From sequence record SRR22947725_3577: a DNA stretch of 41,943 nt; one strand, 5' to 3'. The notes under the pieces are model-generated. The model was not told the origin of the DNA, searched no databases, and saw only the letters and a list, made by a program, of their open reading frames with translations. Both the position numbers and the translations under genes were made by a program. Below are positions 18,478 to 27,219 of this stretch, piece by piece. Within the stretch, counting starts at the first letter, position 1, and every line of letters begins with the position of its first letter.

Positions 18478-19650
18478 ATGCAAAAAGTTATAAAACTTAC
18501 TCTAGCATGTATCTTATCGTTAGGATTTTCAACGATGACTCTTGCTGGGGTTGAAGAACTTCCAAAAAGTATTACTGATTCAGTATACAACATGGACTTA
18601 ATGGACTCAATGCAGCCATTAGATGACAGTGCTTTCAGGGAGTGGAAAAGTGATCGTTCGCCACCTTGGACTGTGGGTTATGCAAGTACTTACGCAGGCA
18701 ACACTTGGAGAAAAGGTGCTATGGGTCGTTTAATGAACGAACTTAAGCCAAAGTGGCAAGAGCTTGGCTTGCTTAATGATATTGTTGTTACACAATCAAA
18801 TCTTAAAGACTCACTTCAAATTCAACAAATTAGACAGTTAGTTGATCAAGGTGTGGATGCTATCATTATTTGTTGTTCAAATCCAACTGCACTTAATCAA
18901 GCAATCCAATATGCATTTGATAGAGGTGTGCCAGTGTTTTCATTCACTGGGTATACAACATCACCACTTTCAGTTAACTCATCAGTTAACTATCACCAGG
19001 CCGGATTTGATGTTGGCACATGGATGGCAGAAGAGATTGATGGTAAAGGAAATGTACTTGTAATTGAAGGTATTCCTGGATTTTCAGCTTCTGACTCACA
19101 GAACCGTGGTGTTTTAGATGGATTATCAAGATATCCAGATATTAAAGTTACGGGTCAAATTGCGCATATGTGGACATCACAAGTTGGTCAAGCTGAAACG
19201 CAAAAATGGTTAGCAACTCATCCTGGACAACTCGATGGAATGGCAGTTCAGTCATCTGGTGAAACAGGAGTATTGGCTGCTCTTCAGCAGTCTGGTCGTG
19301 AAATGGTTCCATTGTCAATCGGTGGTGAATTAGGTGCATTATGTTACTGGCGTAAAAATCCAGATTACATTAGTGCCGCCATTCAAACATGGCCTCCAGG
19401 CGATGATATTGAACTTGGTTGGAATATCATGATGCGTACTCTACAAGGACAAGGTCCTAAGATCCAATCTATCCTAGTCCCACCTCGCAAGATCACTTAT
19501 GCTGATGTTGAAGCGATGATGGGAGAAGATTGTGATAGAAACTCTACTGATTGGTATAACCCAGGTATCGATATTTGGGGTAGTTCAGACTACCTTGATA
19601 ATTTCTTCTTAAGGCCTGCGGATCCAGAAGCATATGATCCAAATTCATAA
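18478..19650 (+). CDS. Sugar-type (class I / Peripla_BP_4) ABC substrate-binding protein
   Basis: AGGAGA RBS, signal peptide, YAGNTWR, QIRQLVDQGVDAIII, GNVLVIEGIPG. Confidence 0.88.
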   Translation: MQKVIKLTLACILSLGFSTMTLAGVEELPKSITDSVYNMDLMDSMQPLDDSAFREWKSDRSPPWTVGYASTYAGNTWRKGAMGRLMNELKPKWQELGLLNDIVVTQSNLKDSLQIQQIRQLVDQGVDAIIICCSNPTALNQAIQYAFDRGVPVFSFTGYTTSPLSVNSSVNYHQAGFDVGTWMAEEIDGKGNVLVIEGIPGFSASDSQNRGVLDGLSRYPDIKVTGQIAHMWTSQVGQAETQKWLATHPGQLDGMAVQSSGETGVLAALQQSGREMVPLSIGGELGALCYWRKNPDYISAAIQTWPPGDDIELGWNIMMRTLQGQGPKIQSILVPPRKITYADVEAMMGEDCDRNSTDWYNPGIDIWGSSDYLDNFFLRPADPEAYDPNS

Positions 19651-19660
19651 GTAGATAACT

Positions 19661-19704
19661 TTTATAGAGCTTAAAAATGACTTTTTAGGCTCTATAAATT
19701 TTTT
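19661..19704 (+). terminator. 17-bp stem-loop with U-tract after the SBP gene (terminator or mRNA stabiliser)
   Basis: TTTATAGAGCTTAAAAA-TGAC-TTTTTAGGCTCTATAAA-TTTTTT, one G-U pair. Confidence 0.75.
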
Positions 19705-19800
19705 GTAATCGTTTAGGTTTTTAAAGTTATTAAAAATTTGTTTTTTAAATAATTTAGAAGTAATAGTAATAAAAATAGAATTTAAAACTAAGGATTTTTT

Positions 19801-20508
19801 ATGAACAGCACATTATTACCAACGGACATTGTAGGAGGAACTTTTTGGCTTCTATCTATGGCAATGATTGGTGCGTCAATTTTCTTTTTACTTGAGAGAA
19901 CAAAAGTTGCTAGCAGATGGCACACAACCATGACTTTACTTGGCGTAGTCATGCTAATTTCAGCAGTTTTCTACCATTATGTTAAGACTATGTGGGTTGA
20001 CACAGGTTCGGCTCCAATCATTCTCAGATATTTAGATTGGATACTCACACATACAATGCAAATTGTTTTGTTTTATATTATTTTGTCAGCAGTTACGAAA
20101 GTTTCGTCAGCATTATTTTGGCGTTTATTGATTGGATCTTTAGTGATGGTTATAGGTGAGTTTTTAGGTGCAGCAGGATATATGAGTGCAACACTGGGAT
20201 TCATCATAGGCGTAGTGGGGTGGCTCTATATTCTTGGAGAGCTTTATATGGGTGAAGCTGGACGAGCCAATATAGAAAGTGGAAATGAAGCCACTCATAT
20301 GGCTTTTAATGGACTGAGACTGATTTTGACTATAGGTTGGGCAATATACCCACTTGGTTATTTTATAAATAATCTTGGAGGGGGTATTGATGTTAATAGC
20401 TTAAATATTGTCTATAACTTAAGTGATTTTTTAAATAAAGTGATTTTTGGATTTGTAATTTATCGAGCTGCAATGAATGACACTCAGCTGATAAATGAGA
20501 GCAAGTAG
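19801..20508 (+). CDS. Proteorhodopsin-family rhodopsin, DTL motif, flotillin-associated (FArhodopsin type)
   Basis: 7 TM; RYLDWILTHTMQIVL (helix C), GWAIYPLGY (helix F), YNLSDFLNK (helix G, retinal Lys); directly upstream of flotillin. Confidence 0.92.
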   Translation: MNSTLLPTDIVGGTFWLLSMAMIGASIFFLLERTKVASRWHTTMTLLGVVMLISAVFYHYVKTMWVDTGSAPIILRYLDWILTHTMQIVLFYIILSAVTKVSSALFWRLLIGSLVMVIGEFLGAAGYMSATLGFIIGVVGWLYILGELYMGEAGRANIESGNEATHMAFNGLRLILTIGWAIYPLGYFINNLGGGIDVNSLNIVYNLSDFLNKVIFGFVIYRAAMNDTQLINESK

Positions 20509-20550
20509 TGTGAAAAATAATACATACAAATTTTATAAGGAGAAATAATT

Positions 20551-22548
20551 ATGACTGGTGCAGATATTATTGCAGCCATTATTCTTACAGCATTAGCAAT
20601 TGCAATTTTTGTTTATTTGTTGCATTGGTTATATCGCAGGTCATCTAAAGAAGTTTCTTTCGTTAGAACTGGACTTAGAGGTGAGAAGGTTATTCTGAGT
20701 GGTGGTGCTTTTGTGTTACCAATCATTCATAACATCACTACAGTTGGAATGCGTACGTTGAGGATTGAGGTTAAGCGAGGTGGTGATAAGTCATTTATTA
20801 CTCAAAACAGAATGCGTGTTGAGATTGTTGCTGAATTTTATGTTCGCGTAACACCATCAAAAGAAGCCGTGTCTATTGCAGCAGGAACATTAGGCAAGAG
20901 AACCATGGAGCCTGAAAGTTTAAGAGAATTAGTTCAAGGTCGATTTGTCGATGCACTAGGTATTGTGGCTGCTCAAATGACAATGGAAGAGATTCAAGAG
21001 AAGAGAGGCGAATATATTAAAGCGGTTAAAGTTATTGTTGCTGAGTCATTAGGCGCTACTGGACTTGAGCTTGAAGCTGTTTCTTTAACTAGTTTGGATC
21101 AGGCTGGATTGGAGGTATTTAACCCATCTAATGCATTTGACGCAGAAGGTTTAACCCAGCTAACAGAGCAAATAGAAGCTGGAAAGAAGAAGCGTAACGA
21201 TATTGAGCAAGATACAACAATAAGAATAAGAGCAAAAAATCTTGAGGCTGAGCAAAAGGCTCTTGAAATCGATCAACAAAGAGAGTTTTCAAGGTTATTG
21301 CAGGAGCGAGAGATTGCTAAGCAGCGTGACAAAGAGCGAACTGAAATGGCTATTGAAACTGCAACGCAGGAGCGTTTAGCGGAAGAAGCTAGAATTCAAT
21401 CTGTTGAGAACATTGAAAAAGCAAGAATACAGCAGCAAGATACTATCGAGGTTGAACGGTCATTAAGAGAGCATGAGTTAACCCTGCAGATAGAGGAGCG
21501 CAAAAGATTAAGGAATGAGGTTGAAAGAAAGACTGAAACTGATATAAAGCAAAAGAATCTTGAAGCTGAAATTAGAGCATTGGAAATTCAAAAAGAAAAT
21601 GAGTTTGCAAGACTAAAACAAGAAGAGGAAATTGCCTCTCAAAGAGCTAAGCAAAAAGCTGAGGTTCTTAAAGTAGAGTCGGAGCGTTATATAGAAGCAG
21701 AACAAGCACAAATTAGTGCCCAAGAGGAAGTTAAGAAATTACAGATTCAACAGCAAAGAGCTATAGAAATTTCAAGAATTGAAAATGATCAGTTGGCTCA
21801 AGCGTCTGAGATTCAAAAGAGAAAGAAGCTTGAAATAGAAGAGAAGGATCGTGAGCTTGAAATTATTGCTAAAACTGTAGAGGTACTTAATGCAGAAGAA
21901 ACTAAAGAGCATGCTAGAGCCCAAATGGTGGTTGCAGAGGAGCAAGTTCAATCTGCTCAGGATGTTGAGGTTGCTGAGCGAGATAAGAAGCTACAGTTGA
22001 TTAATGCTGAAAAGGAGGGTGAGAGTGAAGCTATACAAATTACAACCCTTGCAAGAGCTGAAAAAGAGGCTGCACAAGAGCGTGAACAGGCTGAAAAATA
22101 TGCCACACTTGCTAGCAAACTCCGTTATGAAGTAGATGCTTCAGGGCGATTACTGCTTAATGAAGCTGAGAATGCTCGCAGTGATGAAAATAGGCAAAGT
22201 GATCTTAAGATGGAGTTGGCAAGAAATCTTGATTCCATTATTCGTGAAGCAGTTAAGCCAATGGAAAATATTGATGATATCAAAATCTATGAGCTTAACG
22301 GAATGCCAGGATTTAATTCAAACAGCAATAATGCCAATTTTGAGGGGTCGGGGGGCAATGGTGATGGAAATTTACCTGACAACATTGTAAACGCTGCAAT
22401 GCGTTATAGAGCCCAAGTTCCATTCATTGACAATCTTTTAGATGAAATTGGAATGTCCTCTAAAGAAATAAGCAATATAAAGAATATTCTTGGAGATTAT
22501 AAAAAAGATGAAGACAATAGCCAAGATATAGATGCTGAGGAAGCTTAA
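20551..22548 (+). CDS. Flotillin / SPFH (YqiK-like) protein with extended coiled coil
   Basis: N-terminal TM, FVRTGLRGEKV, GGAFVLPIIH, FNPSNAFDAEG, E/A/Q/R-rich coiled coil, VKPMENIDDIKI; AGGAG RBS. Confidence 0.92.
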   Translation: MTGADIIAAIILTALAIAIFVYLLHWLYRRSSKEVSFVRTGLRGEKVILSGGAFVLPIIHNITTVGMRTLRIEVKRGGDKSFITQNRMRVEIVAEFYVRVTPSKEAVSIAAGTLGKRTMEPESLRELVQGRFVDALGIVAAQMTMEEIQEKRGEYIKAVKVIVAESLGATGLELEAVSLTSLDQAGLEVFNPSNAFDAEGLTQLTEQIEAGKKKRNDIEQDTTIRIRAKNLEAEQKALEIDQQREFSRLLQEREIAKQRDKERTEMAIETATQERLAEEARIQSVENIEKARIQQQDTIEVERSLREHELTLQIEERKRLRNEVERKTETDIKQKNLEAEIRALEIQKENEFARLKQEEEIASQRAKQKAEVLKVESERYIEAEQAQISAQEEVKKLQIQQQRAIEISRIENDQLAQASEIQKRKKLEIEEKDRELEIIAKTVEVLNAEETKEHARAQMVVAEEQVQSAQDVEVAERDKKLQLINAEKEGESEAIQITTLARAEKEAAQEREQAEKYATLASKLRYEVDASGRLLLNEAENARSDENRQSDLKMELARNLDSIIREAVKPMENIDDIKIYELNGMPGFNSNSNNANFEGSGGNGDGNLPDNIVNAAMRYRAQVPFIDNLLDEIGMSSKEISNIKNILGDYKKDEDNSQDIDAEEA

Positions 22549-22586
22549 AAAAATTAACTTTTAATTAAAAAAATTAAGGAAATATT

Positions 22587-24965
22587 ATGTTGAGAATTAC
22601 TGGTTATAGTGACAAATATTCAGTTTGTCCAGGGGATAACATACAATTTTATATTAACTCTGAAAATAATGAGGTTTATGAAACACAAATCGTTCGTTTG
22701 ATTCATGGCGATACCAATCCAGAGGGTCCTGGTTATAAGGAAGAGGAAATTCAAGCTGATTGCAATAAAAGTTATCCTGGAAGAAACCAGAGAATCCATG
22801 GGGGTTCGTATGTGATTGTGCCCCAAGATGAGAGATTGAATGTTGAGAGTTTTACGCTTCAGTGTTATATCTTTCCAACTACTCCCGTTGTTGGCCTTGG
22901 AACGCCTCAAAAAGGACGCCAGGGCGTTTTAACAAAATGGGTAGAGGAAAGTAAAAGCGGCTACGGATTGTTCATTGATGAACATAATTGTCTATCAGTT
23001 GAAATAGGTGATGGTAGTGGTCAGATTATGAAGCTTTCCAGTGATAAAAAACTTTTACGAAAGGTTTGGTATCTCGCGGCAGTTAGTTATGATGCTAGAA
23101 CTGGAAAGGTGACGTTATTTCAAGAGCCTGTTGTAACCTCTACAAATGGCGGTCTTGGCCAAGGTTTACTTAACCCTGCTGAAGATACTACAGCAGTTGT
23201 TGAGTCCATCAACAGTATTAAGCCTGGCATTAATGATGCACCATTTCTTATAGCAGCAAGTACAAAGCATGAGAGATCAGGCAGGCATATTAGTGGAGGG
23301 CATTTTAAGGAAGTTATTGAGCCCATTGAATTGCCTGAACAAATTCATACTTATAACGGAAAAATTGATCGCCCAAGACTTTCGAGAAGAGCTTTATCAA
23401 GGTCTGAAATAGAATCTTTGGCAAGAGGCTATCAAGGATGTAAGGCTGAATTACGAAGTGATGTGGTTGGAGCATGGGATTTTCATGCCAATATAACTAC
23501 AAATATTGCTTCCACTTGCATTATTGATACATCGCCTTCAATGCTTAATGGCTCAATTATAAATATGCCTGTAAGGGCAATGACCGGTTTTAATTGGACT
23601 GGTGATGAGATTATTTATCACCATAAGCCTGAAGAGTATGGTGCAATACACTTTCATGATGACGATATAGATGATGCTCGTTGGGATGTTGATTTTGAAT
23701 TAAAAATTCCAGAAGGCTTAAAGAGTGGAGTTTATGCTGCTCGTTTAAGAATTGGGGGAGAGGACTCTCCAGAAACAGAGGATTACATTCCTTTTGTTAT
23801 TCGGCCACCTAGAGGAAAAACTACATCAAAATTGGCTTTCATTCTTCCAACCAATTCATATATAGCATACTCAAATGATAATCTTTGTACAAACTGTGTT
23901 GTAGCAGAGCTGTTGGCTGGAAAAGTTCCTGTTATGACTGCTGCTGATCTATATTTAAATGAGCATAGAGAGTATGGTCTTTCGACATATTCACTCCATT
24001 CAGATGGAAGCGGTGTTTGTTATTCATCTAGGCTAAGACCCATATTGAATATGCGTCCTAAATATCGTCATTGGTTGTCTCCATCATTATGGCAGCTTAA
24101 TGGTGACCTGCATCTTGTTGACTGGCTTGAGGCGAAAAACTTTGATTTTGATATTCATACTGATGAAGATTTACATAGAGAGGGTGTTGGATTATTAAAT
24201 AAATATCAAACCGTACTTACTGGAAGTCATCCTGAATATACTTCAGAAAAAATGTTTTCTGCTTATGAAAAGTATCAACAGGATGGTGGGCGCTGGATTT
24301 ATTTAGGCGCAAATGGGTTTTACTGGTGTAGTGAATATCATCCAGATAATACAAATATTATTGAGGTTCGAAAAGGGGAAGCAGGGACAAGGGCTTGGAC
24401 TGCCAATCCAGGAGAATATAATAATGCATTTGACGGCAAATATGGAGGCATGTGGCGTGCACGTGGGAGAATCCCTAGTAAGTTATGCGGGTTAACCTTT
24501 ACTGCTTATGGTTTTGATGTTTCCTCTTACTACGTTAGAGATAAAGATAGTGAAAGACCAGAAACTGCTTGGATTATGGAAGGCGTAGGTAATGGTGAAA
24601 AGATTGGTGATTTTGGTCTTGTTGGAGGAGGCGCCGCTGGTTTAGAATTAGATCGATATGATGTTGAATTTGGAACACCACATGATTCATATTTATTAGC
24701 ACATTCTGTTGGTCATACCAATTTGATGCTTCAAGTTAACGAAGAAATTCACTTTTCTGTAAGAGGTTATCACGGCGGAGGAACTGAAAACCCAATGGTT
24801 CGTGCGGATATGATTTTCTATAAAACACCAAATGATGGCGGGGTTTTTGCGCCTGGCTCATTGTCTTGGTGTGGCAGTCTTTCTCACAATAACTACAATA
24901 ATAATGTCTCTCGTATTACTGAGAATGCAATTCGAGGCTTTTTAAAAGAAGGTCCATTGCCTTAA
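22587..24965 (+). CDS. N,N-dimethylformamidase-like large (beta) subunit
   Basis: GYSDKYSVCPG, RLIHGDTNPEGPG, LamG-like domain, HFHDDD, YIAYSN, GLSTY, GSHPEY, LGANGFYW, GLELDR; no signal peptide. Confidence 0.9.
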   Translation: MLRITGYSDKYSVCPGDNIQFYINSENNEVYETQIVRLIHGDTNPEGPGYKEEEIQADCNKSYPGRNQRIHGGSYVIVPQDERLNVESFTLQCYIFPTTPVVGLGTPQKGRQGVLTKWVEESKSGYGLFIDEHNCLSVEIGDGSGQIMKLSSDKKLLRKVWYLAAVSYDARTGKVTLFQEPVVTSTNGGLGQGLLNPAEDTTAVVESINSIKPGINDAPFLIAASTKHERSGRHISGGHFKEVIEPIELPEQIHTYNGKIDRPRLSRRALSRSEIESLARGYQGCKAELRSDVVGAWDFHANITTNIASTCIIDTSPSMLNGSIINMPVRAMTGFNWTGDEIIYHHKPEEYGAIHFHDDDIDDARWDVDFELKIPEGLKSGVYAARLRIGGEDSPETEDYIPFVIRPPRGKTTSKLAFILPTNSYIAYSNDNLCTNCVVAELLAGKVPVMTAADLYLNEHREYGLSTYSLHSDGSGVCYSSRLRPILNMRPKYRHWLSPSLWQLNGDLHLVDWLEAKNFDFDIHTDEDLHREGVGLLNKYQTVLTGSHPEYTSEKMFSAYEKYQQDGGRWIYLGANGFYWCSEYHPDNTNIIEVRKGEAGTRAWTANPGEYNNAFDGKYGGMWRARGRIPSKLCGLTFTAYGFDVSSYYVRDKDSERPETAWIMEGVGNGEKIGDFGLVGGGAAGLELDRYDVEFGTPHDSYLLAHSVGHTNLMLQVNEEIHFSVRGYHGGGTENPMVRADMIFYKTPNDGGVFAPGSLSWCGSLSHNNYNNNVSRITENAIRGFLKEGPLP

Positions 24966-24989
24966 TAAATTGATAAAGGAGAAATAAAT

Positions 24990-25358
24990 ATGACTTCAAA
25001 TAAGCATCCCGATATGATGGATCCACCTGTTGGTAAGTCAGTTGTTGGGACAAGTACTTTGCCTCTTAATGATTTAGAGAAGGATGTTATAAGTTCTTTG
25101 GATGAGGATAAAGTCAGTGATTTAGCAGAATGCTTATTCACTCTTAATAACAGGCATTATGGCCCAATTGCTGGAGCTTATGTTGCAGTTTGTACAATCG
25201 AAGGAAAGGAGTGGTGCGTGGGGCAATTAAATGCTGACCGTGCAAAGCCATTAATTCTCTTTGAGGATAAAGTATTTGGTTCGCCTGGAGAGGCTCAAGA
25301 TGAAGCCATTCGTTTGAAAGAAGAGCGAGGAGAATCAGTACCATGCAGAAACCATTAA
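24990..25358 (+). CDS. Divergent paralog of the dimethylformamidase small (alpha) subunit
   Basis: AAGGAG RBS; aligns without gaps over 30 aa with the next ORF (PIAGAYVAVC...G.....R..P vs PMAGKYVTIC...G.....R..P). Confidence 0.6.
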   Translation: MTSNKHPDMMDPPVGKSVVGTSTLPLNDLEKDVISSLDEDKVSDLAECLFTLNNRHYGPIAGAYVAVCTIEGKEWCVGQLNADRAKPLILFEDKVFGSPGEAQDEAIRLKEERGESVPCRNH

Positions 25359-25384
25359 AACTATTAATTAATGAGGATTAAAAG

Positions 25385-25792
25385 ATGTTAGATAAAGAAA
25401 AAGGAGTAATGGCAAATGAATCTCATACAGAGACAGATGACTATATAACTAGGACTTATGTGATGCCACTTTTATTCGATGATGAATCACGAAGAAAATT
25501 AATTGCAGAACATAGAAATAGTCCAGTAGGTAATGCTCCCTCCAATGGGAGATCAGCGATAGAACATAGCCATGATCTTAGAAAAATTCTTGACAAGATG
25601 AGAAGAGCTCCAATGGCTGGCAAATACGTCACCATTTGTGTTCGAATGTTTGAGCAGTATAAGATTGGCATCGTATCAGGAATTCGAGGCGTTCCAGTTG
25701 ACATTCAGGAAGAAGTTTACTCATCAGAAGAGGCTTGTGAGCATGCCATCTTTTTAAAAAGAATTGCTGATTTAATGAATCATTACGGCTAG
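25385..25792 (+). CDS. N,N-dimethylformamidase-like small (alpha) subunit
   Basis: LIAEHRNSPVG, MRRAPMAGKY, SSEEACEHAIFLKRIADL resemble the Paracoccus small subunit (EEEAMHAVFLRRI-like end, recalled from memory). Confidence 0.8.
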   Translation: MLDKEKGVMANESHTETDDYITRTYVMPLLFDDESRRKLIAEHRNSPVGNAPSNGRSAIEHSHDLRKILDKMRRAPMAGKYVTICVRMFEQYKIGIVSGIRGVPVDIQEEVYSSEEACEHAIFLKRIADLMNHYG

Positions 25793-25795
25793 TTT

Positions 25796-25902
25796 TGGCA
25801 ACTTGCAATCATCTCCTTAATATTAGGCCGTTATAATTACAGTGAACATTCACTAATGGCTGCTCTCTCTCGCTTAAATAATTATTTTGATTGCAAGTGC
25901 CA
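25796..25902. repeat. Inverted-repeat-bounded 107-bp structured element between convergent operons
   Basis: TGGCAACTTGCAATCA (25796-25811) pairs with TGATTGCAAGTGCCA (25888-25902) with one bulge; nested internal stems. Confidence 0.6.
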
Positions 25903-25928
25903 CCCTTTAGATTAAGAGGTTATGAAAG

Positions 25929-26783
25929 CTATAAAATCCAATCTCTTACTTTTTTAAATATTTGAGATTCTTTATTTGCCAGTCTTTCTAAGACTCCAAA
26001 GTGGTCAACCTCGGGCTCAGCAAAGTAATCAAGTGGCGCTCTGTGTTCTTTCCATTTATCTACAAAATGATCTGTCTGCCAATGAAACTCAGGGGTTTCT
26101 CCTCCGCCTAGAGTAACCAGAATTGGAGCCTCAGTTTGGGGCTTAAAGAAGTGAGGGCTTAGTTCTTTACTCTCTTCATCATCCAAACCCAGCGCATCTG
26201 CTATGGTTGTCTCTCTGATTGGATCTAATTGATAAAGCCCGCTGATCGGAATTCCAGTTTTAACAATATCAGAGGGGAGTTCTTCTGAAATTTCTTTCCA
26301 GTCAGTCGCTAGAATCATTCCTGTAATGTGTCCTCCTGCTGAGTGACCAGAGACGTTGATTCGATTCTTTGATATGGCGTAATCATCCGCATTGTCCCAG
26401 ATCCATATGACTGCTTCACGAATTTTATCAACGATATTCGTCATACTAGCACTCGGGCATAATTGATAACCAATAAGCGCTACATCGATGCCAGAGTTGA
26501 CAAAGGATTCAGCTACGAAGCTGTAAACTGACTTGTCTCCTCTTTGCCAATAGCCACCATGAACAAAGATGAATAATGGTGCATTAGGTTTGCCGCACCT
26601 AAAGATATCCAGTTTGTCTTTCTCTCCACTTCCATACTGACAGTCCAGGGAAGAGTCGACTGTCTGACTAAATTTTTCACTTCTGTTAGACCATTTTTCA
26701 ATGAGGCCATCGAAATCTTCAACTAGAAGTCTAACGTTGTAACCTTTCTCGAGTATTGGGTCAATCGGTATTGTTCTTGCCAT
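25929..26783 (-). CDS. Alpha/beta hydrolase, arylformamidase (kynurenine formamidase-like)
   Basis: FVHGGYWQ, GHSAGGH nucleophile elbow, ISGLYQL, DHF catalytic His. Confidence 0.8.
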   Translation of the reverse strand: MARTIPIDPILEKGYNVRLLVEDFDGLIEKWSNRSEKFSQTVDSSLDCQYGSGEKDKLDIFRCGKPNAPLFIFVHGGYWQRGDKSVYSFVAESFVNSGIDVALIGYQLCPSASMTNIVDKIREAVIWIWDNADDYAISKNRINVSGHSAGGHITGMILATDWKEISEELPSDIVKTGIPISGLYQLDPIRETTIADALGLDDEESKELSPHFFKPQTEAPILVTLGGGETPEFHWQTDHFVDKWKEHRAPLDYFAEPEVDHFGVLERLANKESQIFKKVRDWIL

Positions 26784-26799
26784 TTTTATTCCTTATTCA

Positions 26800-27207
26800 T
26801 TAACTGGTTCTATTTTTATAGTAAGTATCCTTATGAATGATTAGCCCGTCCCTAAACGTTAGAACATCGATACTCAAAAAATCTTGAACCTCACCTGACT
26901 TTAGTTTAGCAATGCGATGAAACTCACAGTAAGCTTTGTCACCTGATACCCTGGTATCAATTGGTTTCCATTGAACACTTTCGACATTATTAAAGAGACC
27001 TTGAAAGATGCCTCTGATTGTCTCTAGACCCTCAAAGCGAGTGCCATTGATATTAGGACCAGCTGCTTGATCAAAGACTGCGTCCTCAGCAAAGAAAGAC
27101 ATGACAGCATCGATATCATTCCTATTGTAAGCATTCATAATTGCATCCAAAAGATTAGGAGTTATTCCTGCATCCTCTTTGCTAGTTTGTGAGTTAAAGA
27201 TTGACAT
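26800..27207 (-). CDS. SnoaL/NTF2-like protein
   Basis: AYNRNDIDAVMSFFAEDAVF, DVLTFRDGLIIHKDTY. Confidence 0.85.
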   Translation of the reverse strand: MSIFNSQTSKEDAGITPNLLDAIMNAYNRNDIDAVMSFFAEDAVFDQAAGPNINGTRFEGLETIRGIFQGLFNNVESVQWKPIDTRVSGDKAYCEFHRIAKLKSGEVQDFLSIDVLTFRDGLIIHKDTYYKNRTS

Positions 27208-27219
27208 TTTATTTACCTA

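Noticed and set aside
19801-20508. Ordinary proton-pumping proteorhodopsin
   Set aside because: DTL rather than DTE, His75 equivalent missing, no adjacent retinal-synthesis genes, flotillin neighbour
25796-25902. SRP RNA, suggested by AGCAGCC on the minus strand
   Set aside because: The conserved CAGG...GNRA domain IV hairpin is absent
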